64,000 nucleotides of DNA from a virus (Duplodnaviria; Heunggongvirae; Uroviricota; Caudoviricetes): the IMG/VR virus record IMGVR_UViG_3300027777_000022; one strand, 5' to 3'. Made by a program: the position numbers and the translations under genes. The notes beneath the pieces are model-generated. The model ran no database searches. It had not been told where the DNA came from and was given only the letters and a program-made list of their open reading frames with translations. Positions 8,834 to 18,034 of this stretch are shown here, in pieces (position 1 is the first letter of the stretch; each line of letters opens with the position of its first letter).

Positions 8834-8910
8834 ATTTCTAAATTTGTTGCTACTAACTAAAAATTCTTCTGAATCAGACACAGCGCAAAATGGTACGCGG
8901 TTGCTCATTA

Positions 8911-10020
8911 TTAAAATTTAGTATGCCAGGCAAAGAAATCAGGCAATTTTTCCTTATCGTTATAACTTTTATAGTTACTTACAAATTTTAACACATTAGG
9001 CGCATAATCAATTATCAATTGCTTGCTTAATGCGCCATCGGTGAATTGCAGCATAAGATCATCAATATCGCAGCGAAGTAAAATCTTAGCTATCTCAATG
9101 TTGTTAAATGGTGTCCAGGTGATGGTTTTTCCAAGGTGCCAATGTTGATGATCGTTTAATAATATATTTAATATCTGTTGATTCAATAGTTCAAGTGTGG
9201 GATATTGTTCACGCAATTGATGTCGTGAATTCCAGGAATCTTGCCATAGTTTATTATATTTAGAAAAGTGATAATAATGGTATTTGTCCGTGGACTTATC
9301 AAGTAGCTGTCTAAAATCAATATTGTGCCAAGCTGTTAACATGGCTATTATTGCCGGGCCTCTGAGTAGATATTCATCACCACAACTGCCAGTGGCTAAC
9401 CAGGTAAATGTAGGCCAATGGTGTATTTGTTTGTATCCCCAAAATGAGTTCAATGCCTGCTGATTGGCATGTGTAAACAGATCCATCACAAAGTATTCAT
9501 CTTGCACAAGGTCAAATGGCATCTGATGAAAAGACAATAGTGAATACAGTAAAAAAGTATCAATTCCACCACTGCAAAATAATTTCAAATTTTCTGGGTT
9601 ATATTCTTTTAACTGCTGCACTGATGTATCCAATTGTTCTTTTATTTGTTGTACAGCTTGATCACTGGACAATGAAATTGGATTTACAGAAAGATCTATT
9701 GAAATTTTACTAGTAGACACCTGACCATTGGTACCAATGGTCACATGATCATCTATCCAGGCTGACTGCAAAGTCAGCTGCCCTGGTAGATTGGTCACAA
9801 AATTGTCTGAATACCATAACGGAAAACTACGATGTTTGTTGTGATTGATCTCAATATATTGAGCATGTGTTGATATTTCACAATAGTTTTCAGGATATCC
9901 TTTGTAAAAAGTATTGTGTGCAGGCTGTTGCCACCCATGGTCATAATTGACCCACAGCTTTCCAACTTGTTGATTGTTTGGAAAACGTGAATCCAAATTG
10001 GGGCCTATACTAAAAAACAT
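8911..10020 (-). CDS. asparagine-synthetase-like PP-loop (adenine nucleotide alpha hydrolase) protein
   Basis: LFCSGGIDT PP-loop and GSCGDEY as in the AsnB C-terminal domain; AT-rich. Confidence 0.6.
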   Translation of the reverse strand: MFFSIGPNLDSRFPNNQQVGKLWVNYDHGWQQPAHNTFYKGYPENYCEISTHAQYIEINHNKHRSFPLWYSDNFVTNLPGQLTLQSAWIDDHVTIGTNGQVSTSKISIDLSVNPISLSSDQAVQQIKEQLDTSVQQLKEYNPENLKLFCSGGIDTFLLYSLLSFHQMPFDLVQDEYFVMDLFTHANQQALNSFWGYKQIHHWPTFTWLATGSCGDEYLLRGPAIIAMLTAWHNIDFRQLLDKSTDKYHYYHFSKYNKLWQDSWNSRHQLREQYPTLELLNQQILNILLNDHQHWHLGKTITWTPFNNIEIAKILLRCDIDDLMLQFTDGALSKQLIIDYAPNVLKFVSNYKSYNDKEKLPDFFAWHTKF

Positions 10021-10604
10021 CAGCGATGTGTTATTACTTTGTCAGCCAGACCATACAGCACTGCTTCATCCGCAGTCATAAAGTTATCACGCTCCATATC
10101 AGCCCGTAACTTGTCATAAGATTGACCGGTGTGTGTGACATAGATGTCTGTAAGAACTTTTTTCCAACGTAACAATTCACGTGCTTGGATTTCTACATCG
10201 GTGGCCTGCCCCGACGCACCACCCAACGGTTGATGAATCATGTGTCGTGCGTTGGGCAGGATAAATCGTTTGCCTGCTGCTCCTGCTGATGCCAACAACG
10301 ATCCCATGCTGGCGCCTTGGCCCATCACAATGGTTGCAACGTCTGGTTTGATAAACTGCATGGTGTCATAAATGGCCATCCCTGCTGTGACTGATCCGCC
10401 GGGACTGTTGATATACAAGCTGATGTCTTTGTCCGGATTGTCTGCTTCAAGAAACAATAACTGCGCACAGATTAGACTTGAGCTGTGTCCGTTGACTTCT
10501 CCGTCCAGCATGACCACACGATCACGTAGCAATCGGCTGTAGATATCATAACTGCGTTCACCTTTGGAAGTGTGTTCAAGAACGATGGGTACTAAATTTG
10601 ACAT
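10020..10604 (-). CDS. clpP: ATP-dependent Clp protease proteolytic subunit
   Basis: [28 protein letters not shown] (catalytic Ser), MIHQP (His), ERDNFM. Confidence 0.97.
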   Translation of the reverse strand: MSNLVPIVLEHTSKGERSYDIYSRLLRDRVVMLDGEVNGHSSSLICAQLLFLEADNPDKDISLYINSPGGSVTAGMAIYDTMQFIKPDVATIVMGQGASMGSLLASAGAAGKRFILPNARHMIHQPLGGASGQATDVEIQARELLRWKKVLTDIYVTHTGQSYDKLRADMERDNFMTADEAVLYGLADKVITHR

Positions 10605-11581
10605 ATGATTCCTTGTTTAATTTTTTTCCACTGATTGTTGACATAACCAGTGAAATGATGTTTATTGTATAGTATTTTGTCTGATAATGCAAGATATTTG
10701 GCTTGCCAATATTTAGGAGTTTGCTCACATAGCACTGCTAAAAATGTGGGCAAATTTTCTGGTAGTGATAAATCAAGATCAGTTAAGTCTAAGAAATCAG
10801 TCACATAAGGTTCAAACCCACGATCTTGTAACCAACGTGTACCACCATCGGTATCATACACCAAAAATGGTCTGCATCCTACTATGGGTTTGTAAATTTT
10901 TTCTGACACAAACCCAGCCTGATTTATGTCATAAATTGTTTCAGTAACAATATTAACAAAATGACAATTCCAATTTGACATATGCCCTAGGCTTACTATA
11001 TCATTGGGTATACCATTGAGTTCAGGACCAGCATTTGGTGCCAAATTGTCATGTTCACGATCGATTGTTAACGACCTAACTGCTTGGCCAACTCCACCCA
11101 TACTCACAATTCCACAATCTAATAGATTGAGATTGTTCAGCTGCTGATATAAATGTTGTCGATGCAAATGCGGTTTTCGATTCAAACACATGTAAGCAGT
11201 GTCTATTTTGGATGAATCCATTAACAAATCCTGATTTGGGACTTCCAAAAATTCATTTATATATACTGCCCAAGCATCCACAAAGTGGTCACCGGGATAA
11301 TAGCCTACTGTTAAGATTTCACAGTCAAACTCACTATACTGCAAAGGTTGAGGTATAGCTTGATCTAGCATAGCTACCAGTACAATTCTATCTACAGGAT
11401 TATTTCTTAGCCAAGTCAACACTTGCTGATGATATTCATTAAAATACCAAACTGAATTTATTACCACGGTTCGACTCTGATCTATTGCAATATGCCGTAA
11501 TAAAGTATCAACTAAGTGTTGTTCAAATTTTTTAAGAGGCAAATGATTACCCCATCCATTGTCAAATTTTTGTATAATCAT
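10592..11581 (-). CDS. putative glycosyltransferase-like protein (paralogue 1)
   Basis: [10 protein letters not shown]; VNIVTET...[14 protein letters not shown] motif shared with three paralogues. Confidence 0.5.
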   Translation of the reverse strand: MIIQKFDNGWGNHLPLKKFEQHLVDTLLRHIAIDQSRTVVINSVWYFNEYHQQVLTWLRNNPVDRIVLVAMLDQAIPQPLQYSEFDCEILTVGYYPGDHFVDAWAVYINEFLEVPNQDLLMDSSKIDTAYMCLNRKPHLHRQHLYQQLNNLNLLDCGIVSMGGVGQAVRSLTIDREHDNLAPNAGPELNGIPNDIVSLGHMSNWNCHFVNIVTETIYDINQAGFVSEKIYKPIVGCRPFLVYDTDGGTRWLQDRGFEPYVTDFLDLTDLDLSLPENLPTFLAVLCEQTPKYWQAKYLALSDKILYNKHHFTGYVNNQWKKIKQGIICQI

Positions 11582-12608
11582 GTGTTGTTAAATCAACTTG
11601 GTAATTGCAAATTTTTGAAAGATGTTGTCTATTGTGCATGGCAATTTCATGAGCTTGTGTTAAAACTTCATGTTGGTCGCTGCGGCTGCAATCTAATAGT
11701 CTATTCATACTGTCACGCATGAGATTCCAACGTGCTGGCCCTTGATATAGATCATAACTTTCGTCCCAGAGTTCACTGTAGGTACGAAATCCCATACTGC
11801 GTAATCTTGCAAGATAATATTGTGGCCCGTACACCAGGATAGGTTTAGCAGCCATGAGTGGACGGGTAGTTTTTTCTGTGGGGAAAAAAGTATTGCCTAA
11901 TGTACAAGTCTCACATACAATTTCCACAGCAAATCGATTGTAATGTTGTAATATACTGGTATTGGTGCTTATCCAGGACGTTGGATTATCATATTGATCT
12001 ACTACTGATTTAGAATCCACACTAGATATAGGACTGCTGTTAAACCAATCAAACATGGCCACTTGTTCGTCAGACGGTAACCAGATAGATATATCTTCAA
12101 GATCGTATGTGCCTCTGTCTAGACACTTCCATGGAAAGGGGTGTGTGTGTTGCATAAGGCTGGCAAAAATTTGCCCGCTGATAGAATCAGTATTTGCAGA
12201 CATTAATTTATAAAGTATTGCAGCTCGGCTCATGGTCAATCGCCCAATGAATATTCCAAATGGTTGTTGGTATTGTAATTGTTGTTCTAATGTAGGTTCC
12301 GTGTGTTGCCAATATTCTCGGACCATACGAAAAAAATGACTCATCTTGCTGTATTTTACACGTTGATATGGTACAAATTCAACAGGATTACTCCAACTCA
12401 ACAACTGCACAGTATCAGGTGACTGTTTTGTATTTCTGAGCCAATCATTTATCACCGTGGTAACGCCCAACAATTCCAAACTAGGGCCTTCGTGACGCAT
12501 GTATAAAATTAAAGGTTTGCCCAGTGGGTGTTGGTTTAATTTTTGTTGAAATTCTTCTGGATTGTTCCAGCAATCACCCGAAGTATTAACTAAGATGAAT
12601 TCTGTCAT
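11562..12608 (-). CDS. putative glycosyltransferase-like protein (paralogue 2)
   Basis: EIVCET...FPTEKTTRP...LRSMGFRTY...DESYD. Confidence 0.5.
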   Translation of the reverse strand: MTEFILVNTSGDCWNNPEEFQQKLNQHPLGKPLILYMRHEGPSLELLGVTTVINDWLRNTKQSPDTVQLLSWSNPVEFVPYQRVKYSKMSHFFRMVREYWQHTEPTLEQQLQYQQPFGIFIGRLTMSRAAILYKLMSANTDSISGQIFASLMQHTHPFPWKCLDRGTYDLEDISIWLPSDEQVAMFDWFNSSPISSVDSKSVVDQYDNPTSWISTNTSILQHYNRFAVEIVCETCTLGNTFFPTEKTTRPLMAAKPILVYGPQYYLARLRSMGFRTYSELWDESYDLYQGPARWNLMRDSMNRLLDCSRSDQHEVLTQAHEIAMHNRQHLSKICNYQVDLTTHDYTKI

Positions 12609-12613
12609 CTTAA

Positions 12614-12633
12614 TACTTATGTTTCACTAAATA
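12614..12633. promoter_or_regulatory. divergent late-type promoters TAAGTA (-) and TAAATA (+)
   Basis: 5 nt and 4 nt before the ATGs at 12608 and 12638; no SD in either direction. Confidence 0.6.
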
Positions 12634-12637
12634 CTGC

Positions 12638-14233
12638 ATGAGAGATTTATTAGACCTATTAGACAGAGTGGCATTACCACTTGCAGAAGGTGTGGGCCTG
12701 GCCAATCGCAAACCTGGAGAAAAATTCAAGAATGCAGTGGGTGACATTGTTACCTTTCAAAATTTAGAATTCTATCCCAACTCAGGGCGTTTTGGTACCC
12801 CTGACGAACTGCAAGCTGGTGTAGATGCCATGTTGGCCGATAAGAACGTACCTGCTACTCAAATACATTGGGTCAACACACCTAACAAAAGTGCAGGTGC
12901 GTTCAGCATAGCCACATTCACTGGAGAGGATGGTACTCCTTATTACTTGGGTCGATGGGCTGGTGCAACCAGTGCAAATCGCACACAGAACAAATTTGCA
13001 CACGATGAGATTCCTGGTGATTTTAAATATCAAAGTCGAGTCGGGCAAAAAGAAAACTCCGGTCTCAAACCCAGCGAATGGCTAACACAGTTCCAGGACA
13101 ATACTCCCGACTCTATACTATCACAGGCTCAACAACACTTTGGTGCCGATAGCGACGAAGCCAACGCACTTGAGATCTTTATCAATTCTGATATCCCATG
13201 CACAGTACCGCGTGGCAACATGAACCCTGATGCTTTCCGTGATTACTTTGCAGAAGTGCTGCAACCCATTGCACTGGTGACAGGCAAACGAGTGGGCGGC
13301 AATGCAGAAGAAGCTGCTGACATATTCTTTGGTGAAGGTGGCTATGGCGAATGTACCATCAGCTTCAACAGCAATACCATTGGAGGGTTGTACGACAGCT
13401 TGTTGGTAAATCCCGAAGGCAAGCAAATCAAACTCAGTAGCAAGGGCAAAGATGGTGCTAGTGCTTCAGTCACAAATTTGTTAAAGTCAGTGAATGAACT
13501 ATCTGTCACCCCCAAAGGTCAAAAGTTATTGACCACACATAAAGATGCCATAGAACTGTTAAACATCATCCAGCAGGACGGACACTTTGGTGCACCGCTG
13601 ACTCTGGGTGTAAAATATGGCATCATCTCTCCTGAAGAAGCTGCACAGATACCACAACTCAAACAACTGGGACCAACTGACCAAATCGTTGGTGCAGGTA
13701 TCCTGAGTCCTCACTTGGAAGAACTGTACAATCGACGCAAGAGTTCTGACCCCAAACGGGTGATTCCACTGGAACACATGACTGCCAGCATAGCCTACAA
13801 TGTGGCTGACTATGTAAACAAGAACACCAACTTTGGTAAGGCAGCTTCAGAAATCCTAAACAATGCTGCCTTGGTGCAGATGTACACTTATACTTCGCAC
13901 ACTGACAAAACCATCACCATCAGCAAGCTGGAAGCAAAATATCCCAGTGACACAGTCAGTGGTGTGTACTTGGATGCCAGCAAGGTATATTATTCTACCG
14001 GCGGCAAAGGCAACTTTACCTTTACCATCATGAAGAATGGGGCCACCGAAAAAGATGTAAACCCTATGGATCCTGTGGATGATCTAGGTGATCAAGCACC
14101 TGCTGCTGTGAGTGCAGCCGATCTGGATGCCGAACTTGAAAAACCTCGATTGGCTGGCCCGGGGGCAAGAGCAGCTAGAACCAGTCGCGAACCCAGAATG
14201 GATCGCGCCACGCTAGGACGCGAACGTCGTTAA
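12638..14233 (+). CDS. large hypothetical protein, candidate head-packaged protein
   Basis: 531 aa; N-terminal MRDLLDLL...LAE; LYDSLL...IKLSSKG may be a PD-(D/E)XK variant; ends LGRERR. Confidence 0.75.
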   Translation: MRDLLDLLDRVALPLAEGVGLANRKPGEKFKNAVGDIVTFQNLEFYPNSGRFGTPDELQAGVDAMLADKNVPATQIHWVNTPNKSAGAFSIATFTGEDGTPYYLGRWAGATSANRTQNKFAHDEIPGDFKYQSRVGQKENSGLKPSEWLTQFQDNTPDSILSQAQQHFGADSDEANALEIFINSDIPCTVPRGNMNPDAFRDYFAEVLQPIALVTGKRVGGNAEEAADIFFGEGGYGECTISFNSNTIGGLYDSLLVNPEGKQIKLSSKGKDGASASVTNLLKSVNELSVTPKGQKLLTTHKDAIELLNIIQQDGHFGAPLTLGVKYGIISPEEAAQIPQLKQLGPTDQIVGAGILSPHLEELYNRRKSSDPKRVIPLEHMTASIAYNVADYVNKNTNFGKAASEILNNAALVQMYTYTSHTDKTITISKLEAKYPSDTVSGVYLDASKVYYSTGGKGNFTFTIMKNGATEKDVNPMDPVDDLGDQAPAAVSAADLDAELEKPRLAGPGARAARTSREPRMDRATLGRERR

Positions 14234-14281
14234 TGTTGCAAATCTGATATGGCATCCAGGCAAGCATCATGCATCGGCAAT

Positions 14282-14425
14282 TCAAATTTGATCAATATAT
14301 TCACGCAGGATACGTTCAATCATTTGATTTAGTGTGATATCTTGTTCATGTGCCAGCAGCATGATCTGGTACAACAGTTCAGGTTCAATGTCAATTTCAA
14401 CAGTTTCGCGAGTGTCTGTGGTCAT
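14282..14425 (-). CDS. small ribbon-helix-helix-like protein
   Basis: VEIDIEPELLYQIMLLAHEQDITLNQMIERILREY; GGAGG SD. Confidence 0.6.
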   Translation of the reverse strand: MTTDTRETVEIDIEPELLYQIMLLAHEQDITLNQMIERILREYIDQI

Positions 14426-14426
14426 G

Positions 14427-14645
14427 TTAACCTCCAAAGTATGCAATGATTGTGTCCAGGGCAGCAATCAGTTGAGCGTTGTTGACCACGTCGTCAGGAT
14501 GTAGCCAATGGCCAGTGGGATTGGCATCTGACTTGGGATTCTTTTTCCATTGTGCTAGTTCTTTTTTGAGATACGCACGTTGTTCTTTGAGAACTGCCAA
14601 AGCAATGCTGTCTGCAATTTCGCCATCCAATTCAATTTTTCTCAT
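14427..14645 (-). CDS. hypothetical protein
   Basis: 72 aa, coupled by ATGA overlap. Confidence 0.7.
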   Translation of the reverse strand: MRKIELDGEIADSIALAVLKEQRAYLKKELAQWKKNPKSDANPTGHWLHPDDVVNNAQLIAALDTIIAYFGG

Positions 14646-14878
14646 TCTTCAACTCCAAAATGTTTTCCTATCCGCTTAGAACAATCATCTGCCCAAGCAC
14701 TATATAATCCATCGTGATGTGTTCCTCTGTCAGCACAGACTTTAACACATTCCCGCACAATTAACTCGGCGAACTTTTTCAGTTCGGGATATCCAACCCA
14801 ATCATCGGCATCTACACATCCGAGTTTGTCAACAGTTATTCCAGCCTGTTCAGCAAGTTCTTGGATTCGTTCGTTCAT
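14642..14878 (-). CDS. MNERI...FGVEE family small protein
   Basis: MNERIQELA...KFAELIVREC...KHFGVEE; paralogue of 14997..15263. Confidence 0.75.
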   Translation of the reverse strand: MNERIQELAEQAGITVDKLGCVDADDWVGYPELKKFAELIVRECVKVCADRGTHHDGLYSAWADDCSKRIGKHFGVEE

Positions 14879-15000
14879 TCTTCAACTCCGAAATCTTTTT
14901 TAGCCTGTTCCCATACTTTACGGGGATTCATAACACACCAAGCACCAATGACAAACGGTGCTATAAGAATATACACAAGTTTTTTATACCATGGAATCAT
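14875..15000 (-). CDS. 41-aa membrane micro-protein ending FGVEE
   Basis: Hand translation MIPWYKKLVYILIAPFVIGAWCVMNPRKVWEQAKKDFGVEE; ATGA overlaps on both sides. Confidence 0.65.
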   Translation of the reverse strand: MIPWYKKLVYILIAPFVIGAWCVMNPRKVWEQAKKDFGVEE

Positions 15001-15263
15001 TCTTCAATTCCAAAATGTTGTTTAATCGTCTCAGTAGCCTCATAGATACCATTGACAATACCGTCCTCGTATGCCTCAAGATAAGAATCAGTTGATTGAC
15101 ATTGTGATTCAATGTTCTTGGCGTGTGCTTCACTAACTTGAATACATTCTCGCACAATCAACTGGGCGAACTTTTCCATATCAAATCCCATCATTATGAA
15201 TATGCATTGGCTAATTTCATCGTAGCCAAAGACCTTGGCTAGTGTTTTAATTCGTTCGTTCAT
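14997..15263 (-). CDS. MNERI...FGIEE family small protein
   Basis: MNERIKTLA...KFAQLIVREC...QHFGIEE. Confidence 0.75.
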   Translation of the reverse strand: MNERIKTLAKVFGYDEISQCIFIMMGFDMEKFAQLIVRECIQVSEAHAKNIESQCQSTDSYLEAYEDGIVNGIYEATETIKQHFGIEE

Positions 15264-15487
15264 TTGGGTTCATCCAGTGGGTGCATCACACCAGGCGATC
15301 GCTGGGTATAAAATTTTTCATCAGGCACTGCAATCACCATGACTTCATCCATGGTATTGCAATATGGGTCCAGTGGATTGGCATGTTTGATTATAGCGCA
15401 TTGTGTTTCTTGCCCTTGCTCAAATCGATCCAGCTTGCTCAGCAGGGTCAGGAGATTGCGTCGAGATAGATAAATTCGTTCGTTCAT
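15260..15487 (-). CDS. hypothetical protein starting MNERI
   Basis: Start at ATG 15487 (ATGAACGAACGAAT), ATGA overlap with the upstream ORF. Confidence 0.7.
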   Translation of the reverse strand: MNERIYLSRRNLLTLLSKLDRFEQGQETQCAIIKHANPLDPYCNTMDEVMVIAVPDEKFYTQRSPGVMHPLDEPK

Positions 15488-15654
15488 TTTGTTTTCAGAC
15501 AACGATGCCTGTCCTGTATGTTCATGGAGCGTACAGCTTCCTCGCAAAGGGCAACTGACTCAAATTGTGATAGGGAACGCCAATCGTATGCTTTGGCTTG
15601 GTAATGTCTATCACCACCCATAGCAACCACGGTCCAGATGAATAGTGTAATCAT
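15484..15654 (-). CDS. 56-aa hypothetical protein
   Basis: Hand translation MITLFIWTVVAMGGDRHYQAKAYDWRSLSQFESVALCEEAVRSMNIQDRHRCLKTK. Confidence 0.6.
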   Translation of the reverse strand: MITLFIWTVVAMGGDRHYQAKAYDWRSLSQFESVALCEEAVRSMNIQDRHRCLKTK

Positions 15655-15806
15655 TCTTCTGCACCTTTTTTCACATGTTTAGCACGACGACGATACTGCA
15701 CTCGACTCTGCTCCACACGGTGACGGAATGGAGTGTCGCGTGAGTACAGTTCCACAGCACGACGGCGCTGTCGAGGTAGTTCAATCACAAAACTTATGGG
15801 TCGCAT
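15651..15806 (-). CDS. 51-aa basic protein resembling alternative ribosome-rescue factor ArfA
   Basis: MRPISFVIELPRQRRRAVELYSRDTPFRHRVEQSRVQYRRRAKHVKKGAEE; PFRxRVE...YxRxxKH pattern; GGAGA SD; first gene after a sigma70 promoter. Confidence 0.5.
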   Translation of the reverse strand: MRPISFVIELPRQRRRAVELYSRDTPFRHRVEQSRVQYRRRAKHVKKGAEE

Positions 15807-15822
15807 CACAATCTCCGTAAAA

Positions 15823-15868
15823 AATCCGGTATATGCTGTATTATAGCATGTACCGGATTAGTGGTCAA
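15823..15868 (-). promoter_or_regulatory. sigma70 promoter with -10 centred in a 15-bp-arm inverted repeat
   Basis: TTGACC(15863-15868)-17-TATAAT(15840-15845); arms aatccggtatatgct and agcatgtaccggatt. Confidence 0.8.
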
Positions 15869-15886
15869 CCAAGGGTCAAAATCCTG

Positions 15887-16021
15887 TTAGATCCAACCTC
15901 GGAAATCTTCCATCATGATTCGATGAGCACCTGCTGTGTCTCCATGTGAAGCCAAATAAGCAGCAGCACGGCAGCGGCCATAACTTTCTAAGAAATTATA
16001 AATGGATTTTAATATGATCAT
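15887..16021 (-). CDS. 44-aa hypothetical protein
   Basis: MIILKSIYNFLESYGRCRAAAYLASHGDTAGAHRIMMEDFRGWI; TGATG coupling. Confidence 0.55.
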   Translation of the reverse strand: MIILKSIYNFLESYGRCRAAAYLASHGDTAGAHRIMMEDFRGWI

Positions 16022-16203
16022 CACACAACCCCTCTACGCTGTAGAATTCGAATTCTGCGTTCCAAATCAAATATGTCCGCAGAATCAGCTAGATAAGCTT
16101 CAACTTCTTTTCTGTAAGATGTTGTAAAAGTATCTCGTACCCACTCTAATACATCATGAATGGAAATTTCTAGTAGTGATTCTAATAGATTTGTATCTTT
16201 CAT
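16021..16203 (-). CDS. DUF3563-like small protein
   Basis: EAYLADSADIFDLERRIRIL matches the betaproteobacterial DUF3563 pattern AYLAxAxDxxDLERR. Confidence 0.65.
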   Translation of the reverse strand: MKDTNLLESLLEISIHDVLEWVRDTFTTSYRKEVEAYLADSADIFDLERRIRILQRRGVV

Positions 16204-16379
16204 AACAACCATCCTTTACCGGATTGTTGCAAGTCAAATTGGCGAGTCAGTCGATCCACATCACAGGTGTTTTGTGGAGCATTCTTGACGATGTATGCTT
16301 CCAATTCCGAACTGTAAGTTTTTGGCTCTGCAGAACTCTGAAACATCTTTTGGAAGTATTCAGCTAATTGGTTTAACAT
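16200..16379 (-). CDS. 59-aa hypothetical protein, distant DUF3563-like
   Basis: MLNQLAEYFQKMFQ...ELEAYIVKNAPQNTCDVDRLTRQFD...; missed by the 60-aa cutoff. Confidence 0.6.
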   Translation of the reverse strand: MLNQLAEYFQKMFQSSAEPKTYSSELEAYIVKNAPQNTCDVDRLTRQFDLQQSGKGWLL

Positions 16380-16385
16380 GATATA

Positions 16386-16667
16386 TCAAGCTCCTTTGGT
16401 TTTGCTGGTGGCTTGATATGCTTTCATGATGCCTTCGCCGAACTTGGCGTAGTCAAATTTGGAAGCTGTTTGGGCCAATTTGATTGATTCCTGCATGATT
16501 CCAGTGGCTGCATCTGTGGATGCTTTGAAAGCCTTTTTGGTGTATTCGGCTTGGCTGTCAATGAATTGGTTCATTGAAGTGGCGATGGTCTCGTTGGTGA
16601 CAAAAGTCTTAACGAATTGTTTTTTACCATTTTGAATGGTATCGATCATGGTGTCTGCTGTAAACAT
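16386..16667 (-). CDS. phasin-like amphipathic helical protein
   Basis: 93 aa Ala/Thr/Lys-rich, helical (FIDSQAEYTKKAFKASTDAA); PhaR-like box upstream; DUF3563-like neighbours. Confidence 0.45.
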   Translation of the reverse strand: MFTADTMIDTIQNGKKQFVKTFVTNETIATSMNQFIDSQAEYTKKAFKASTDAATGIMQESIKLAQTASKFDYAKFGEGIMKAYQATSKTKGA

Positions 16668-16758
16668 ATGTTTCTCCTTAGATAAGCAAGTGGACTATGG
16701 GACCTGCACCGTGCAGCATCCCATGTGCTATTGTAACATTATTTATGCTGCGGCGCAA
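16668..16758 (-). promoter_or_regulatory. promoter plus two-hairpin ROSE-like 5' leader, PhaR-like box over -35
   Basis: TTGCGC-17-TACAAT; TAAATA at 16740-16745; hairpin 16697-16724; CTTGCT-N6-AGGAG; CTGCGGCGCA at 16748-16757. Confidence 0.6.
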
Positions 16759-16803
16759 CATTTTACAAATAATTTTTTGCCAAAATTTCTCAATAAGTAT
16801 AAA

Positions 16804-18009
16804 ATGACAAAAAAATACATTGTTGGTTTAAGACACTATAACGCCTATTTTTTAGTAGGAGAACGTGAACATCTCAATTGGTTTACGGATGCTGACTACA
16901 CCGATGACCTGGAAAAATTCAAAGCCGACCCAAGACCAAAAATACTCATGATAGATTGTTTTTATCCCGGATCGGACACTCTTGGACTCCAAGGTGATTA
17001 CAGTTGGGTAGATTTAGTAATTGCTGTGACCAGTGAGTGTGCAACCGGCGGTACTCTCCGAGATACCTATTGTGATATAAAAACTGCACTTAATAATCAA
17101 AATATCATATTTGTTGTAGGAGCAAAAACAGTCAATCCGCCAGGGCCTGGACAAGTTGACCCAACCCGCGATTATAGTCCATTGTTGTGCTGGATCAATC
17201 ACGTGTATGATTGCAATGATTATACTCCGTCATTGCGTCCTGCACAAAAACCTTATCAATTTGATTGTTTGCTAGGACAAAATAGACCCCATCGACTATA
17301 TCTTTTTTACAAACTCATTGAAGATAACTTACTTGACAAAAATCTGGTGTCTATGTGGAGACACGGAAAACATGAATATTATAATTTTACCAAAGCAGAA
17401 CTTGATCAACAGTTCAATGATATATTTAAATCAGACCCAATCATTGGTGATTTGGTACAAAAACACGGAATAATTAATTTCTATCGATCGCCGGGACTAG
17501 ATGAATTGGAATTGCCTGATCTCATTTTGCCAAAAGATGATCCAATCAATTATACACCTGCCACTCCTACCAGCAGATATTGTAAGGCAAGACCCGAGGT
17601 GGTTCTAGACATGGGCATGGACATTCCTGTAAAAATATTTGACGCCAGCTGGTACAGCATTGTGGCAGAAACATTGTACGAAACTGTGTTTATTACTGAA
17701 AAAATTGGAAAACGTTTGATGACCAAACGTATATTTGTATTGTTTGCAGGTCAAGGATGTTTGAAATATTTGCGATCTCAAGGATTCCAAACTTTTGACG
17801 GTATCATTGACGAAAGTTATGATTCGGAGCCCGATCACCGTCGGCGTTTTGATATGGCTTGGGAACAGGTAAAATTATTGAACACCCTGGACCCTGTTGA
17901 AGTTTATCAACGTGCTGATTCAATCCTGGAACACAATTACAATTTATTTCCCACAATGAGAAATGAACATCTAAAGATAAGAGATTTTATTGCCCAATGG
18001 TTACCATGA
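16804..18009 (+). CDS. putative glycosyltransferase-like protein (paralogue 3)
   Basis: Start MTKKYIVG, 4 nt after TAAGTA; CLLGQNRPHR; SIVAET...FITEK...LRSQGFQTF...DESYD. Confidence 0.55.
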   Translation: MTKKYIVGLRHYNAYFLVGEREHLNWFTDADYTDDLEKFKADPRPKILMIDCFYPGSDTLGLQGDYSWVDLVIAVTSECATGGTLRDTYCDIKTALNNQNIIFVVGAKTVNPPGPGQVDPTRDYSPLLCWINHVYDCNDYTPSLRPAQKPYQFDCLLGQNRPHRLYLFYKLIEDNLLDKNLVSMWRHGKHEYYNFTKAELDQQFNDIFKSDPIIGDLVQKHGIINFYRSPGLDELELPDLILPKDDPINYTPATPTSRYCKARPEVVLDMGMDIPVKIFDASWYSIVAETLYETVFITEKIGKRLMTKRIFVLFAGQGCLKYLRSQGFQTFDGIIDESYDSEPDHRRRFDMAWEQVKLLNTLDPVEVYQRADSILEHNYNLFPTMRNEHLKIRDFIAQWLP

Positions 18010-18034
18010 TAAATATTTTATAGGAGACCACAAC

